Assembly: GCA_964369415.1 (NCBI GenBank)
Contig: CAYJFP010000003.1
Location: 31,782-95,781 of the forward strand
DNA: 64,000 bases
DNA from: an uncultured Eubacteriales bacterium
Lineage (GTDB): Bacteria; Bacillota; Clostridia; Oscillospirales; Acutalibacteraceae
Direction of reading: 5' to 3'
The translations under genes and the position numbers were made by a program. The notes beneath the pieces were generated by a model. That model did no database searches. It was not told the origin of the DNA and was given only the letters and a program-made list of their open reading frames with translations. Positions 39,219 to 47,860 of this stretch are shown here, piece by piece. Position 1 is the first letter of the stretch; each line of letters begins with the position of its first letter.

Positions 39219-39442
39219 CATTGAAAAAATTTTTCGAGCACTTCCATCACATCATCTGTAGGGCTGTGAATAATAAGCTCCATCGGTTTTTGAAAATCGA
39301 GACTAAAAATTCCCATCATAGACTTTGCATTAACTACATATTTTCCAGAACATAAATCAAAATCTCCATCCATCATAGAAACCGTATTTACAAAAGATTT
39401 CACATCATCAATCGACAAAAGTTTCACTAGACGTCGCTCCAT
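39218..39442 (-). CDS. HPr-like protein lacking the His15 phosphorylation site but keeping a Ser46-type site (Crh-like logic)
   Basis: VVNAKSMMGIFSLD aligns with the HPr segment VNLKSIMGVMSLG. The His15 region reads SIDDVKSF. ATG 39442 behind AAGGAG. Confidence 0.65.
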   Translation of the reverse strand: MERRLVKLLSIDDVKSFVNTVSMMDGDFDLCSGKYVVNAKSMMGIFSLDFQKPMELIIHSPTDDVMEVLEKFFQ

Positions 39443-39456
39443 AATACTCTCCTTTA

Positions 39457-39717
39457 TCATAACATACACTCCTTTAAAAAAACTTTAAGCTCTTCAAACG
39501 CTATTTCTTCGTCTTCACCTTCAATTACAATAGTAAACTTTTCATTACATTTTATATCTAAATTCATAACAAGCATCAATCTGGTAATTTCGGCTTTTTT
39601 TTCGCCTTTTTTTATATAAATTTTACTTCTATACTTTTTAGCTTCTTTTGCAATTAAACCAAGCGGTCTTACATGCAAGCCCATTTCGCACTCAGCCCTA
39701 TATTCAAAGCTTTTCAT
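39457..39717 (-). CDS. HPr-family phosphocarrier protein with His15 context but no Ser46
   Basis: EMGLHVRPLGLI (His15 motif). The Ser46 segment is replaced by EITRLMLVMNLD. ATG 39717 behind GGGGAGAG. Confidence 0.75.
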   Translation of the reverse strand: MKSFEYRAECEMGLHVRPLGLIAKEAKKYRSKIYIKKGEKKAEITRLMLVMNLDIKCNEKFTIVIEGEDEEIAFEELKVFLKECML

Positions 39718-39750
39718 AGAGTCTCTCCCCAAAATCAAATCTTAAAGATG

Positions 39751-39779
39751 ATTTTACGACAAAAATCAGGATATGTCAA
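39751..39779 (-). promoter_or_regulatory. putative sigma-A promoter of the HPr pair
   Basis: Minus strand: TTGACA (39779-39774), 17-nt spacer, TAAAAT (39756-39751). Confidence 0.5.
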
Positions 39780-39836
39780 TAATATTTAACTAAATTATAA
39801 GTATTTACACCCACCAGATTCTTAATACAATTAAAT

Positions 39837-40967
39837 TCATTTGTTTATTTTTGATAAAAAGAGAGTTGCAAGGCCTCTTAGCCTTTCATAACTATGATCA
39901 AAAAATTTCATGTAGCCTTCACATAAAATATTCAAATCACGGCTATCATCCTCTGTAAAGGGCTCACAATATCTTTTGCACCCACCTCTACAGATGTTTA
40001 CATGTCTACATTTTAAACATTTTTCGTGTATTTTAGATGAATTTTCTACGAATTTTAGTTCTTTTCTTTTTTCGTTAATCTGATTAAAATTATTCTCATT
40101 AAAATTTCCAAGTTTGTATTTATCAAGTACATAGAAGTCGCAAGGATAGCAGCTTCCGTCGGCTTCAACGATGTTTTGCCACGAACAAATTCCGCTCATT
40201 CCACAAGATTCAGGTGGATACCCCAAAATCATCTCTATGTAATTTTCAAACTGTCTTATATGAACAGGATTTCCATTTGTAAAGTCTCTATACCAAATAT
40301 CAAAAAGATTGCAAAGAAAAGTGCCCCAATCCTTTGCACTTAGTGTAAACGGCATTTTGTCACCTTCATGATTAAATGGTTGAAGGCATGGAATAAACTG
40401 CAAGTATTCAAATTGATTTTTTTTGTAAAAATTATATACACTTTGTATTTTTTTTGCCGTTACAGAATTAACAACGCAAAGAATATTAAAGTCCACCTTG
40501 TACTTTTTCATGGACTCTATTCCTTCCATCACTCTTTTAAAGCTTCCTTTATCTTTATTGTCTACCCTAAATGCATCGTGACACTCTTTTGTGCCATCAA
40601 GCGACACACCTATTAAAAAATTGTTTTCTTTAAAAAACTTTGCCCATTCATCGTCTATTACAAACCCATTGGTTTGAAGTGCATTGTGCACTTCAAGCCC
40701 AGGTTTTTTATATTTTTTTTGAATTTCTATATACTTTTTGTAAAAATCTAGCCCTGCTAAAGTTGGCTCACCACCCTGAAATGCAACCGTTAAATGCCCC
40801 TCGGCAAAATCGACCGCTTCTTTAATGACATTTTCAAGAGTCTCCTCTTTCATAATTCCATAGCTTTCAACCTCTCTATTGTCCGCAGTATCAAAGTAAA
40901 AGCAGTATTTACACCTTAAATTGCAAAGACTTGAGGCTGGTTTTATCATTATATTAATCGGTGGCAT
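39837..40967 (-). CDS. radical SAM/SPASM enzyme, anaerobic sulfatase-maturating enzyme (anSME) family
   Basis: IKPASSLCNLRCKYCFY (CxxxCxxC), FQGGEPTL, SPASM Cys clusters (CGMSGIC..., CYPCDFY..., CLKCRHVNICRGGC). Collinear with my recollection of Clostridium perfringens anSME. Confidence 0.85.
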   Translation of the reverse strand: MPPINIMIKPASSLCNLRCKYCFYFDTADNREVESYGIMKEETLENVIKEAVDFAEGHLTVAFQGGEPTLAGLDFYKKYIEIQKKYKKPGLEVHNALQTNGFVIDDEWAKFFKENNFLIGVSLDGTKECHDAFRVDNKDKGSFKRVMEGIESMKKYKVDFNILCVVNSVTAKKIQSVYNFYKKNQFEYLQFIPCLQPFNHEGDKMPFTLSAKDWGTFLCNLFDIWYRDFTNGNPVHIRQFENYIEMILGYPPESCGMSGICSWQNIVEADGSCYPCDFYVLDKYKLGNFNENNFNQINEKRKELKFVENSSKIHEKCLKCRHVNICRGGCKRYCEPFTEDDSRDLNILCEGYMKFFDHSYERLRGLATLFLSKINK

Positions 40968-41082
40968 TCATTATTTCTCCTTATTTTTACACATTTAGTA
41001 CTAACTATCTATATCATTATATTAAATAAATCTAATATGGTCAATATTTAATTAATATTACTTAACATATAAATATATTTTC

Positions 41083-42012
41083 TTATTCTTCTTCAACTAT
41101 ACCCGAAGATAAATATCTCTCACCAGTATCTGGCAGAATTACCACTATGGTTTTGTTTTTATTTTGTGGTAATTTTGCAATTCTTTCTGCTACAGAAAGC
41201 GCTGCTCCTGAGGATATTCCTACGAAATATCCCTCTTTCTTCGCCACTTCTCTTGCAGTATGAAGTGCTTCTTCAAAACTTACGCACATAATCTCATCGC
41301 AAATTTCTTTGCTCAAAGTTTCGGGCTCGAATCCAGCTCCGATTCCTTGTATTTTATGAGGACCTGCCTTACCCTCAGTTAAAAACGGTGACTCTTGTGG
41401 CTCGACGCCTACAACTTTAATTTTATCATTTTTCTCTTTTAGATATTTTCCGCATCCCGATACTGTTCCACCTGTACCTATCGCACTTACAAAAATATCT
41501 ACATTGCCTAAGCTATCTTCCCATATTTCAGGCCCTGTTGTTTTATAGTGAACCTCTGGGTTCGACGGATTAACGAATTGCCCCGCTAAAATGCTATTGG
41601 GCATACTATCTTTTAGACTCTGAGCTTTAGCTATAGCGCCTTTCATGCCAAGCTTGCCTTCTGTCAAAACAAGCTCTGCTCCATAGGCTTTTAACAGGCT
41701 TCTTCTTTCCTTACTCATGGTTTCAGGCATTACCAATATGGCTTTATACCCTTTCGAGGCACACATCGCAGCTATACCTATTCCGGTATTTCCACTTGTA
41801 GGCTCAATAATAACCGAACCTTCTTTTAGTATTCCTTTATTTTCATAATCTTCTATCATGTTTTTTGCAATTCTATCTTTTACGCTTCCAGCTGGATTAA
41901 AGTACTCAAGCTTTGCAAGTATAGTCGCTTCTATATCATTTTCTTTCATGTATCTGTTAAGTTTGACTAGTGGTGTTTTTCCCACTAAAGTTTCAAATGA
42001 ATTATAAATCAT
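41083..42012 (-). CDS. cysK: cysteine synthase A (O-acetylserine sulfhydrylase)
   Basis: PLP-lysine motif KLEYFNPAGSVKDR, then PTSGNTGIGIA, GTGGT. ATG 42012 behind AAAGGAG. Confidence 0.92.
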   Translation of the reverse strand: MIYNSFETLVGKTPLVKLNRYMKENDIEATILAKLEYFNPAGSVKDRIAKNMIEDYENKGILKEGSVIIEPTSGNTGIGIAAMCASKGYKAILVMPETMSKERRSLLKAYGAELVLTEGKLGMKGAIAKAQSLKDSMPNSILAGQFVNPSNPEVHYKTTGPEIWEDSLGNVDIFVSAIGTGGTVSGCGKYLKEKNDKIKVVGVEPQESPFLTEGKAGPHKIQGIGAGFEPETLSKEICDEIMCVSFEEALHTAREVAKKEGYFVGISSGAALSVAERIAKLPQNKNKTIVVILPDTGERYLSSGIVEEE

Positions 42013-42028
42013 TTTATTTTCTCCTTTT

Positions 42029-43120
42029 CTAACTAAATTGTTTAACAATTTTATTCATATCATTAAAATTTTCTTCCATATCGCTTAATAGTTTAAGCTG
42101 TGTTCTACCTCTATATAAATTATGCAAAGGCTCGTTTATTTTAAAGTAGAAATCACCCTCAAGATAATCAGTCAAAAATCTTATGGCGCTTTCAAGTGTC
42201 ATTATCTTAGCACCAAAAGCAAGGTATTGAATTTCTGTCTCCGTAAGCGTTTCCCCTGCTGATTCCATAAACCCTTTGGTGAAAAGCTCATATAACTCTA
42301 GGCTAAAATTTACTTTTGACAAATCTTTTTCATCTTCTTGGCAATTATTTGCTGAAAATCTGATTGTATCGCCAAAATCATAAGCACAAAGTCCCGGCAT
42401 AACCGTGTCAAGGTCTATTACACATATTGCTTTCATAGTTTTCTTATCAAACAAAATATTATTAAGCTTTGTATCATTGTGTGTTACCCTTAATGGTATT
42501 TTTCCACTTTTTTGCAAATTAATTAAAACTGAACACTCTTCTTCTCTTTCAAGTATAAAACCAATCTCATTTTGTATATCTTTTGCTCTATTAAAGCTAT
42601 CTTTTTTTATTGCATCTTTAAAATTTTCTAGCCTGTTTTTTGTATCATGAAACTGTTTTATTGTCTCGTTTAAAGTTTTGGCTGAATAAGTAGACAGCAG
42701 CTTTTGAAATGTACCAAACGCTTTTCCACTCTCGTACATATTTTCTGGTTTTTCTGGTTTTTGTAAGCATACTGTATCCTCTATAAATAAATAAACTCTC
42801 CAATAATCTCCATTTGTATCGCAAAGAAAATTTTTATTTTCAAGTGTTTTAATTACATTAAGACTTTCCCTATTTGAGTCTCCACCATTTTCTTTAATTA
42901 TTTTTATTAAATGCTCTGTGACTCCCACAATATTTTGCATTAGTTCCTTAGGATTTAAAAAAACAGTTTTATTAATTTTTTGTAGAATATATCTCGTATT
43001 TTGTGTTTTCACAAGAAATGTGTCATTTATATGTCCAAACCCATACTTTTCTACCGATATTCCTCTTAAGGCAAAAGAATTCAGTATATTATTAAACATT
43101 TTTAAATCTACGTCTTTCAT
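42029..43120 (-). CDS. APH-fold phosphotransferase, sugar-1-kinase-like (NahK/MdsC-like)
   Basis: GHINDTFLV nucleotide loop, catalytic loop VTHNDTKLNNILF, metal site VIDLDT. Confidence 0.65.
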   Translation of the reverse strand: MKDVDLKMFNNILNSFALRGISVEKYGFGHINDTFLVKTQNTRYILQKINKTVFLNPKELMQNIVGVTEHLIKIIKENGGDSNRESLNVIKTLENKNFLCDTNGDYWRVYLFIEDTVCLQKPEKPENMYESGKAFGTFQKLLSTYSAKTLNETIKQFHDTKNRLENFKDAIKKDSFNRAKDIQNEIGFILEREEECSVLINLQKSGKIPLRVTHNDTKLNNILFDKKTMKAICVIDLDTVMPGLCAYDFGDTIRFSANNCQEDEKDLSKVNFSLELYELFTKGFMESAGETLTETEIQYLAFGAKIMTLESAIRFLTDYLEGDFYFKINEPLHNLYRGRTQLKLLSDMEENFNDMNKIVKQFS

Positions 43121-43154
43121 GCAAAACCTCCTAATAAAACAGGATAATTATACA

Positions 43155-43193
43155 TTGGCGCAGCTTTGACAATAAATTTCAAAGCTGCGCCAA
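43155..43193. other. 14-bp perfect hairpin between nucleotidyltransferase and kinase genes
   Basis: TTGGCGCAGCTTTG, 11-nt loop, CAAAGCTGCGCCAA. No U tract on either strand. Confidence 0.5.
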
Positions 43194-43213
43194 TAATTAG
43201 TAAAGTCTATTAA

Positions 43214-44125
43214 TTAAGCCCACAAGTCCTCAGGATATAATCCTTGCTCTGTTTTTTCTTTAATGGCATTAATAACAGATGGTTTATCCTCTTTATATGT
43301 AACACCATGCCATTTATCTCCGCTATAGAGCACATGAACTTTTGCAGTATCTTCGTTTATCATTTTGCTGATAGTGCTTCCTATATAATATTCACTTTTG
43401 GTGATATTATCTTTATTTTGGATTAAAAACTCCTTAAAACCTTCGCTGATTTCATCTATATAACTTCTTTTAAAGCCCCATAAATTCATCGACACGACAG
43501 TCTCACCAGAAATATCCTTATAGCTTGCTCCATCATCTTCTGTATATTTAATTTTTCCGTCTTTTAATTCTATTTTGAGATATTCTTCTATTTCTTCTAA
43601 GGTATCGTCAGCCTTAACTGTACAAACACCTCTTGAAACGCTTCCGTTTTCAGTTACTGTATTCTTTAGGTAATAACCTACCATACAGTGATCTTCCTCG
43701 CTTGTATTTTCAGTAAGAAAATCATAAACCAACTGAAATCCTTTTGGACCATAATAGTCATCCGCATTTATAACTGCAAAGGGACCGTCTACTATTTCTC
43801 TTGCAGCATAAATCGCATGGCTTGTCCCCCAAGGTTTTACTCTTCCCTCTGGAAGTTCAAACCCTTCTGGCACATCATCGACACTTTGATAAGCATATTT
43901 AACATTCATTATTTTGGAAAGTCTATCGCCTATCGCCTCTTTAAAAGCCTTTTCGATTTCATGCTTAATAATAAAAACAACAGATTCAAAGCCTGCCTTT
44001 TTAGCATCATAAACCGAATAGTCTATTATAAGCTGATCATTAGGACCAACAGGGTCGATTTGTTTAATTCCTCCGTACCTACTGCCCATTCCGGCAGCCA
44101 TTACAACTAACACAGGTTTTTTCAT
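43214..44125 (-). CDS. sugar-1-phosphate nucleotidyltransferase family protein
   Basis: N-terminal VVMAAGMGSRYGG (GxGS/TR) nucleotide-binding loop with an NTP-transferase fold pattern. Confidence 0.7.
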   Translation of the reverse strand: MKKPVLVVMAAGMGSRYGGIKQIDPVGPNDQLIIDYSVYDAKKAGFESVVFIIKHEIEKAFKEAIGDRLSKIMNVKYAYQSVDDVPEGFELPEGRVKPWGTSHAIYAAREIVDGPFAVINADDYYGPKGFQLVYDFLTENTSEEDHCMVGYYLKNTVTENGSVSRGVCTVKADDTLEEIEEYLKIELKDGKIKYTEDDGASYKDISGETVVSMNLWGFKRSYIDEISEGFKEFLIQNKDNITKSEYYIGSTISKMINEDTAKVHVLYSGDKWHGVTYKEDKPSVINAIKEKTEQGLYPEDLWA

Positions 44126-44247
44126 AAGTTCCTCCTAATTTTTATTTTAGTTCATTATACTATAAACAAATGAAAAAAGCCACTGTAAATTTTTTATTAT
44201 TCCATTTTCTCTAATACAAAAGCCGACTTTATGTTAAAGTCAGCTTT

Positions 44248-45573
44248 CTATCTATAATTATTTTTAACAAAATCCAGTATTTGGATTTTATTATTTTCAA
44301 TCTTTTCATCAATAATAAGGTCCAAAACACTACTTAAAATAGCTCCTATTTTTTCTCCTCTTTCAATTCCTAGTAAAACTAAATCATCTCCATTTATTTC
44401 TAAATCAGAAATTTTATAGATTATTTTTGTATTTTCAATTTCTTTTAATATCTTATCCGAAGTTAAACTTTTTTCTAAATTAAGACTTAACGCAACATCT
44501 GATTTTGCCATTAAATCACACTTCATAAGAATTAATAAGTCCTTTGTAAACCCACCTCCAAAACGCTTAAACAGCCTTAGCATTTCATTTTTCGACTTTG
44601 GAAATTTAGTTCTGTGGTGCCTAATTAACTTACATACATATTCTATTGTTTTTCTGTCAAAACAAAGTCTTTCAAGCTCTTTTTTAGCAATTTTTGCTCC
44701 TACATGTGCATGTCCGTAAAAGTGCGCAATGCTTTTTTCATCTATAGTTTTACACTGTGGTTTTCCTACGTCGTGTAAAAGAATCGCTAATCTCACTGCT
44801 AAACTTTCACTTTTACAAAACTTAAGCGCCCTTAAACTATGCTCAAGAACATCATATTTATGATAGACAGTTTCTTGAGAGCATGAAGCCATATTTTTAA
44901 AATCAGGAAGCATTTCAAACATTACTTCCAAATTTTGCTTTACACAAGAATAAGCAAACGGAGCTACAACTATCCTTTTAAACTCTTCCCTTTTTCTCTC
45001 CCATGACACGTAATTTATGTCTTTATGCATCAATTTTATGGCTTTTTGTGTATCTTTTTCTATCTCAAAACCTAATTCAGCAGAAAATCTTACCGCCCTT
45101 ACTATTCTAAGCGCGTCTTCATAAAATCTTTCCTGTGCTTTTCCTACGCTTCTGATAACTTTGCTTTCAAGGTCTTTTCGACCTAAAAAAGGGTCTATAG
45201 TCCCAACTTTAGGTGAATAAGCCATCGCATTTATGGTAAAATCTCTTCTTTTTAAATCGCCATTTATATCCTTTATAAATTTCACTTCATCAGGCCTTCT
45301 TCTGTCTTTATAACTTCCTTCTTCTCTAAAAGTAGTTATTTCAAGAGCCTGATCATCTATTATTACCGTGACTGTTCCGTGTTTCACCCCTATATCCAAG
45401 GTCTTATAACTCGAAAAAAGATTCAAAATCTCATTCGGCAAGGCACTAGTACATATGTCATAGTCTTTAGGATGTCTGTTCAAAAGCATATCTCTTACAC
45501 AGCCTCCCACGATATACGCTTCATGTTCATTAAGTATATCTAGTGCTTTCAATACATATGAGGGTAAATTCAT
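44248..45573 (-). CDS. cca: CCA-adding tRNA nucleotidyltransferase with HD domain
   Basis: GGCVRDMLL...DYDICT, RRDFTINA, HD motif LLHDVGKP. Confidence 0.9.
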   Translation of the reverse strand: MNLPSYVLKALDILNEHEAYIVGGCVRDMLLNRHPKDYDICTSALPNEILNLFSSYKTLDIGVKHGTVTVIIDDQALEITTFREEGSYKDRRRPDEVKFIKDINGDLKRRDFTINAMAYSPKVGTIDPFLGRKDLESKVIRSVGKAQERFYEDALRIVRAVRFSAELGFEIEKDTQKAIKLMHKDINYVSWERKREEFKRIVVAPFAYSCVKQNLEVMFEMLPDFKNMASCSQETVYHKYDVLEHSLRALKFCKSESLAVRLAILLHDVGKPQCKTIDEKSIAHFYGHAHVGAKIAKKELERLCFDRKTIEYVCKLIRHHRTKFPKSKNEMLRLFKRFGGGFTKDLLILMKCDLMAKSDVALSLNLEKSLTSDKILKEIENTKIIYKISDLEINGDDLVLLGIERGEKIGAILSSVLDLIIDEKIENNKIQILDFVKNNYR

Positions 45574-46424
45574 TAATTTATTCCTTCTTCGTACATAAAT
45601 ATAGCCGTGTTTCTATTGTAAAGTCCGAGAGAAAGATAAATATCAAACATTATGTTTTCAGAGCCTTCCTCTTCATATCTTGTTTTAGCTAGAAACTCAT
45701 CAAGTGTCGTTGTTTCTGATGCTCCATTGTTATACATCACTGTTATTTGGTCTTCGTGCGGATTAATTCCTGTTATAAGCGCATATTCTACAGAATTTGA
45801 CTCATCATCAAAATACATAAAGATAACAGGCAATCCACTGCCTAGTGACTCGTATATTTTCTCGATATATCTGTAATTATTTAAGTTTTCATATACATCT
45901 ACTTTATAATTACTAAGCCAGTCGTCAAGAACTTTTTGTGTATCCGCAGCTGAAATTAAATCGTACTCTACCTCAGGCTTTGAAAGTGCAAAATATGCAG
46001 AAAACGTATCTATAACAAAATCCACACTATTCTCTCTTGAAACTGCTGTTAATTCCAACTGATAACTTTGATTGTAAACTTCATCTTCTGTAATATAATA
46101 CACGCTATCGTTTGTACTAAGCGCCCAAACTTGATTATAACTTATTAAAATTCCGACTACTACCATTACAAAAACAAGCAAAAACAGCATTTCTTTAACC
46201 ATTTTAACCACCGCAAAAGAAACAGGCTCATTATTATTAAAAACCTTTAATTTGCTAGTGTGCTTTTCCTTTTTTCTTTTTTGAGTCGGATTATAATTTG
46301 CTCTTTGTGCAAATTCAGAAATATCAATATTTTCATTTTCCGCACTTGTTTGTATCGGTTCTCCTGAAAAAATTTCACCGGTAAACTCAAATGCATCATC
46401 TCTTTTGTTAGACTCTTTTTTCAT
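45573..46424 (-). CDS. hypothetical membrane-anchored protein translationally coupled to cca
   Basis: Cytoplasmic N-terminus, one TM (LFLLVFVMVVVGILI), Cys-free ectodomain of about 180 aa. Its stop overlaps the cca start (TAATG). Start is probably ATG 46424; the ORF track starts at 46505. Confidence 0.55.
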   Translation of the reverse strand: MKKESNKRDDAFEFTGEIFSGEPIQTSAENENIDISEFAQRANYNPTQKRKKEKHTSKLKVFNNNEPVSFAVVKMVKEMLFLLVFVMVVVGILISYNQVWALSTNDSVYYITEDEVYNQSYQLELTAVSRENSVDFVIDTFSAYFALSKPEVEYDLISAADTQKVLDDWLSNYKVDVYENLNNYRYIEKIYESLGSGLPVIFMYFDDESNSVEYALITGINPHEDQITVMYNNGASETTTLDEFLAKTRYEEEGSENIMFDIYLSLGLYNRNTAIFMYEEGIN

Positions 46425-46557
46425 TACTATTATGGCCACCCTTTCAAAGGAAAAATTACATATAATCATTTTCATTTTATCACAAAAAACATCAAACTTC
46501 AACACAATAATAAATTTTAATATATATTATAGTTATTGTTAAAACTATTGTAAGACT

Positions 46558-46601
46558 AATAGTTATATGGTAAAATAAATATACTTAAATATATAACTAT
46601 T
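46558..46601. promoter_or_regulatory. 11-bp perfect inverted repeat upstream of dfx (operator or 5'-leader hairpin candidate)
   Basis: AATAGTTATAT (46558-46568), 22 nt, ATATAACTATT (46591-46601). A third TAGTTAT copy lies at about 46530. Confidence 0.4.
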
Positions 46602-46626
46602 TTACGCTTTAGAAAGAGGTGTTTTT

Positions 46627-46995
46627 ATGAAATTTTTGAAATGTACACATTGTGGAAACATGGTCGGATTTGTCGAGGATAAAGGCGTTCCTATCCTATG
46701 TTGTGGCGAAGCCATGAAAGCCCTAATCCCAGGTGAAATTGACGCCGCTGCTGAAAAACACATTCCAGTAGTAAGCATTGACGGAAATAAGGTAGTAGTA
46801 ACCGTTGGTGAAGTAGCACATCCGATGACAAACGAACACTCAATTAAATGGATAGCTCTTCAAACAAAAATGGGAAATCAAAGAAAAGTACTTTTAGGAG
46901 AGCCATGTGCAAACTTTAGAGTCTGCGATGGTGATGAAGTCGTATGTGTTTATGCTTACTGTGACCTACACGGACTTTGGAAAAAAGAATTATAA
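46627..46995 (+). CDS. dfx: desulfoferrodoxin (2Fe superoxide reductase)
   Basis: N-terminal desulforedoxin-like CTHCGN...CCGE. Centre II ligands in EKHIPV, HPMTNEH, YCDLHGLW. Confidence 0.9.
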   Translation: MKFLKCTHCGNMVGFVEDKGVPILCCGEAMKALIPGEIDAAAEKHIPVVSIDGNKVVVTVGEVAHPMTNEHSIKWIALQTKMGNQRKVLLGEPCANFRVCDGDEVVCVYAYCDLHGLWKKEL

Positions 46996-47047
46996 TTGCT
47001 TAAAGTATTCACATTCTACAAAACAATTATACTATTTATCATTTGAT

Positions 47048-47075
47048 AAAGGCAGTTTCACACTGCCTTTATTTT
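47048..47075 (+). terminator. intrinsic terminator of dfx
   Basis: Stem AAAGGCAGT/ACTGCCTTT, 5-nt loop, then ATTTTC. Confidence 0.7.
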
Positions 47076-47163
47076 CTATTCTCAAATAAAATAGTTGTTT
47101 AGTAAACCTTGATAAAGAAAAATTATTAATTCTGACTAAATATACAAAAAATAAATTTAAGCT

Positions 47164-47181
47164 TTGTCAAATATTTCACAA
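47164..47181. promoter_or_regulatory. Rex (redox-sensing repressor) operator candidate
   Basis: TTGTCAA-ATAT-TTCACAA compared with the Rex consensus TTGTGAA-N4-TTCACAA: one mismatch. It lies 180 nt upstream of hydC. Confidence 0.6.
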
Positions 47182-47359
47182 ATCATTTGCATTATATTTC
47201 TAAATTAGAATTATAACTTTAAAGAGCTTTGATATAATTGAACAAATACATTATAAGTGGATTTATCCGCTTTTTTTGTGCGTGCATTTTTACCTAGAAC
47301 TTGCACTCGCAAAGCTTATAATTAATTAATTTTGCACATAGCGAAAGGATGGTTTGTTA

Positions 47360-47860
47360 ATGCTAAAAAAAATCAGTGACTTACCCTTTAGTGGCACAAA
47401 AGAACAAGAAGAAAAACTACTTGTTAAACTTGAAGCGCTAAAAGATGAAAAGGGTGCGGTAATGCCTGCTTTGCAAGAGGCACAATTAATCTATGGTTAT
47501 CTACCCATAGAGGTTCAAAAAATCATTGCAGATAAACTCGATGTTTCTCTGGAGGAAGTGTACGGAGTATCTACTTTCTACTCACAATTTGCACTTACAC
47601 CAAAAGGAAAATATCACATTTCAGTATGTCTTGGAACAGCTTGTTACGTTAAAGGTGCCGATAAAGTTTTCGACAGACTTGTAGCAAAGCTTGGAATCAA
47701 ATCTGAAGAATGTACTGAAGACGGCCATTTTTCTTTGACTGCATGTCGTTGTATCGGCGCCTGTGGTCTAGCTCCTGTTATTACAGTTAATGAGGACGTT
47801 TACGGTAGACTTGATCCCGATGATGTCGATGATATTATTAAAAAATACCAAACTGTTTAA
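47360..47860 (+). CDS. hydC: [FeFe]-hydrogenase NuoE-like [2Fe-2S] subunit (HydC/HndA)
   Basis: CLGTACYVKG...CRCIGACGLAPV. ATG 47360 behind AAAGGATGG. Confidence 0.9.
   Translation: MLKKISDLPFSGTKEQEEKLLVKLEALKDEKGAVMPALQEAQLIYGYLPIEVQKIIADKLDVSLEEVYGVSTFYSQFALTPKGKYHISVCLGTACYVKGADKVFDRLVAKLGIKSEECTEDGHFSLTACRCIGACGLAPVITVNEDVYGRLDPDDVDDIIKKYQTV

Noticed and set aside
37533-40967. Radical SAM/SPASM enzyme plus small ORFs plus ABC transporter read as a RiPP (sactipeptide/ranthipeptide-like) cluster.
   Set aside because: The SPASM enzyme is collinear with bona fide anSME. The two small proteins are clear HPr-fold proteins with their own promoter. The 98-nt gap (39739-39836) contains no precursor-like ORF. 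The ABC genes are convergent, on the other strand, and separated by a bidirectional terminator.
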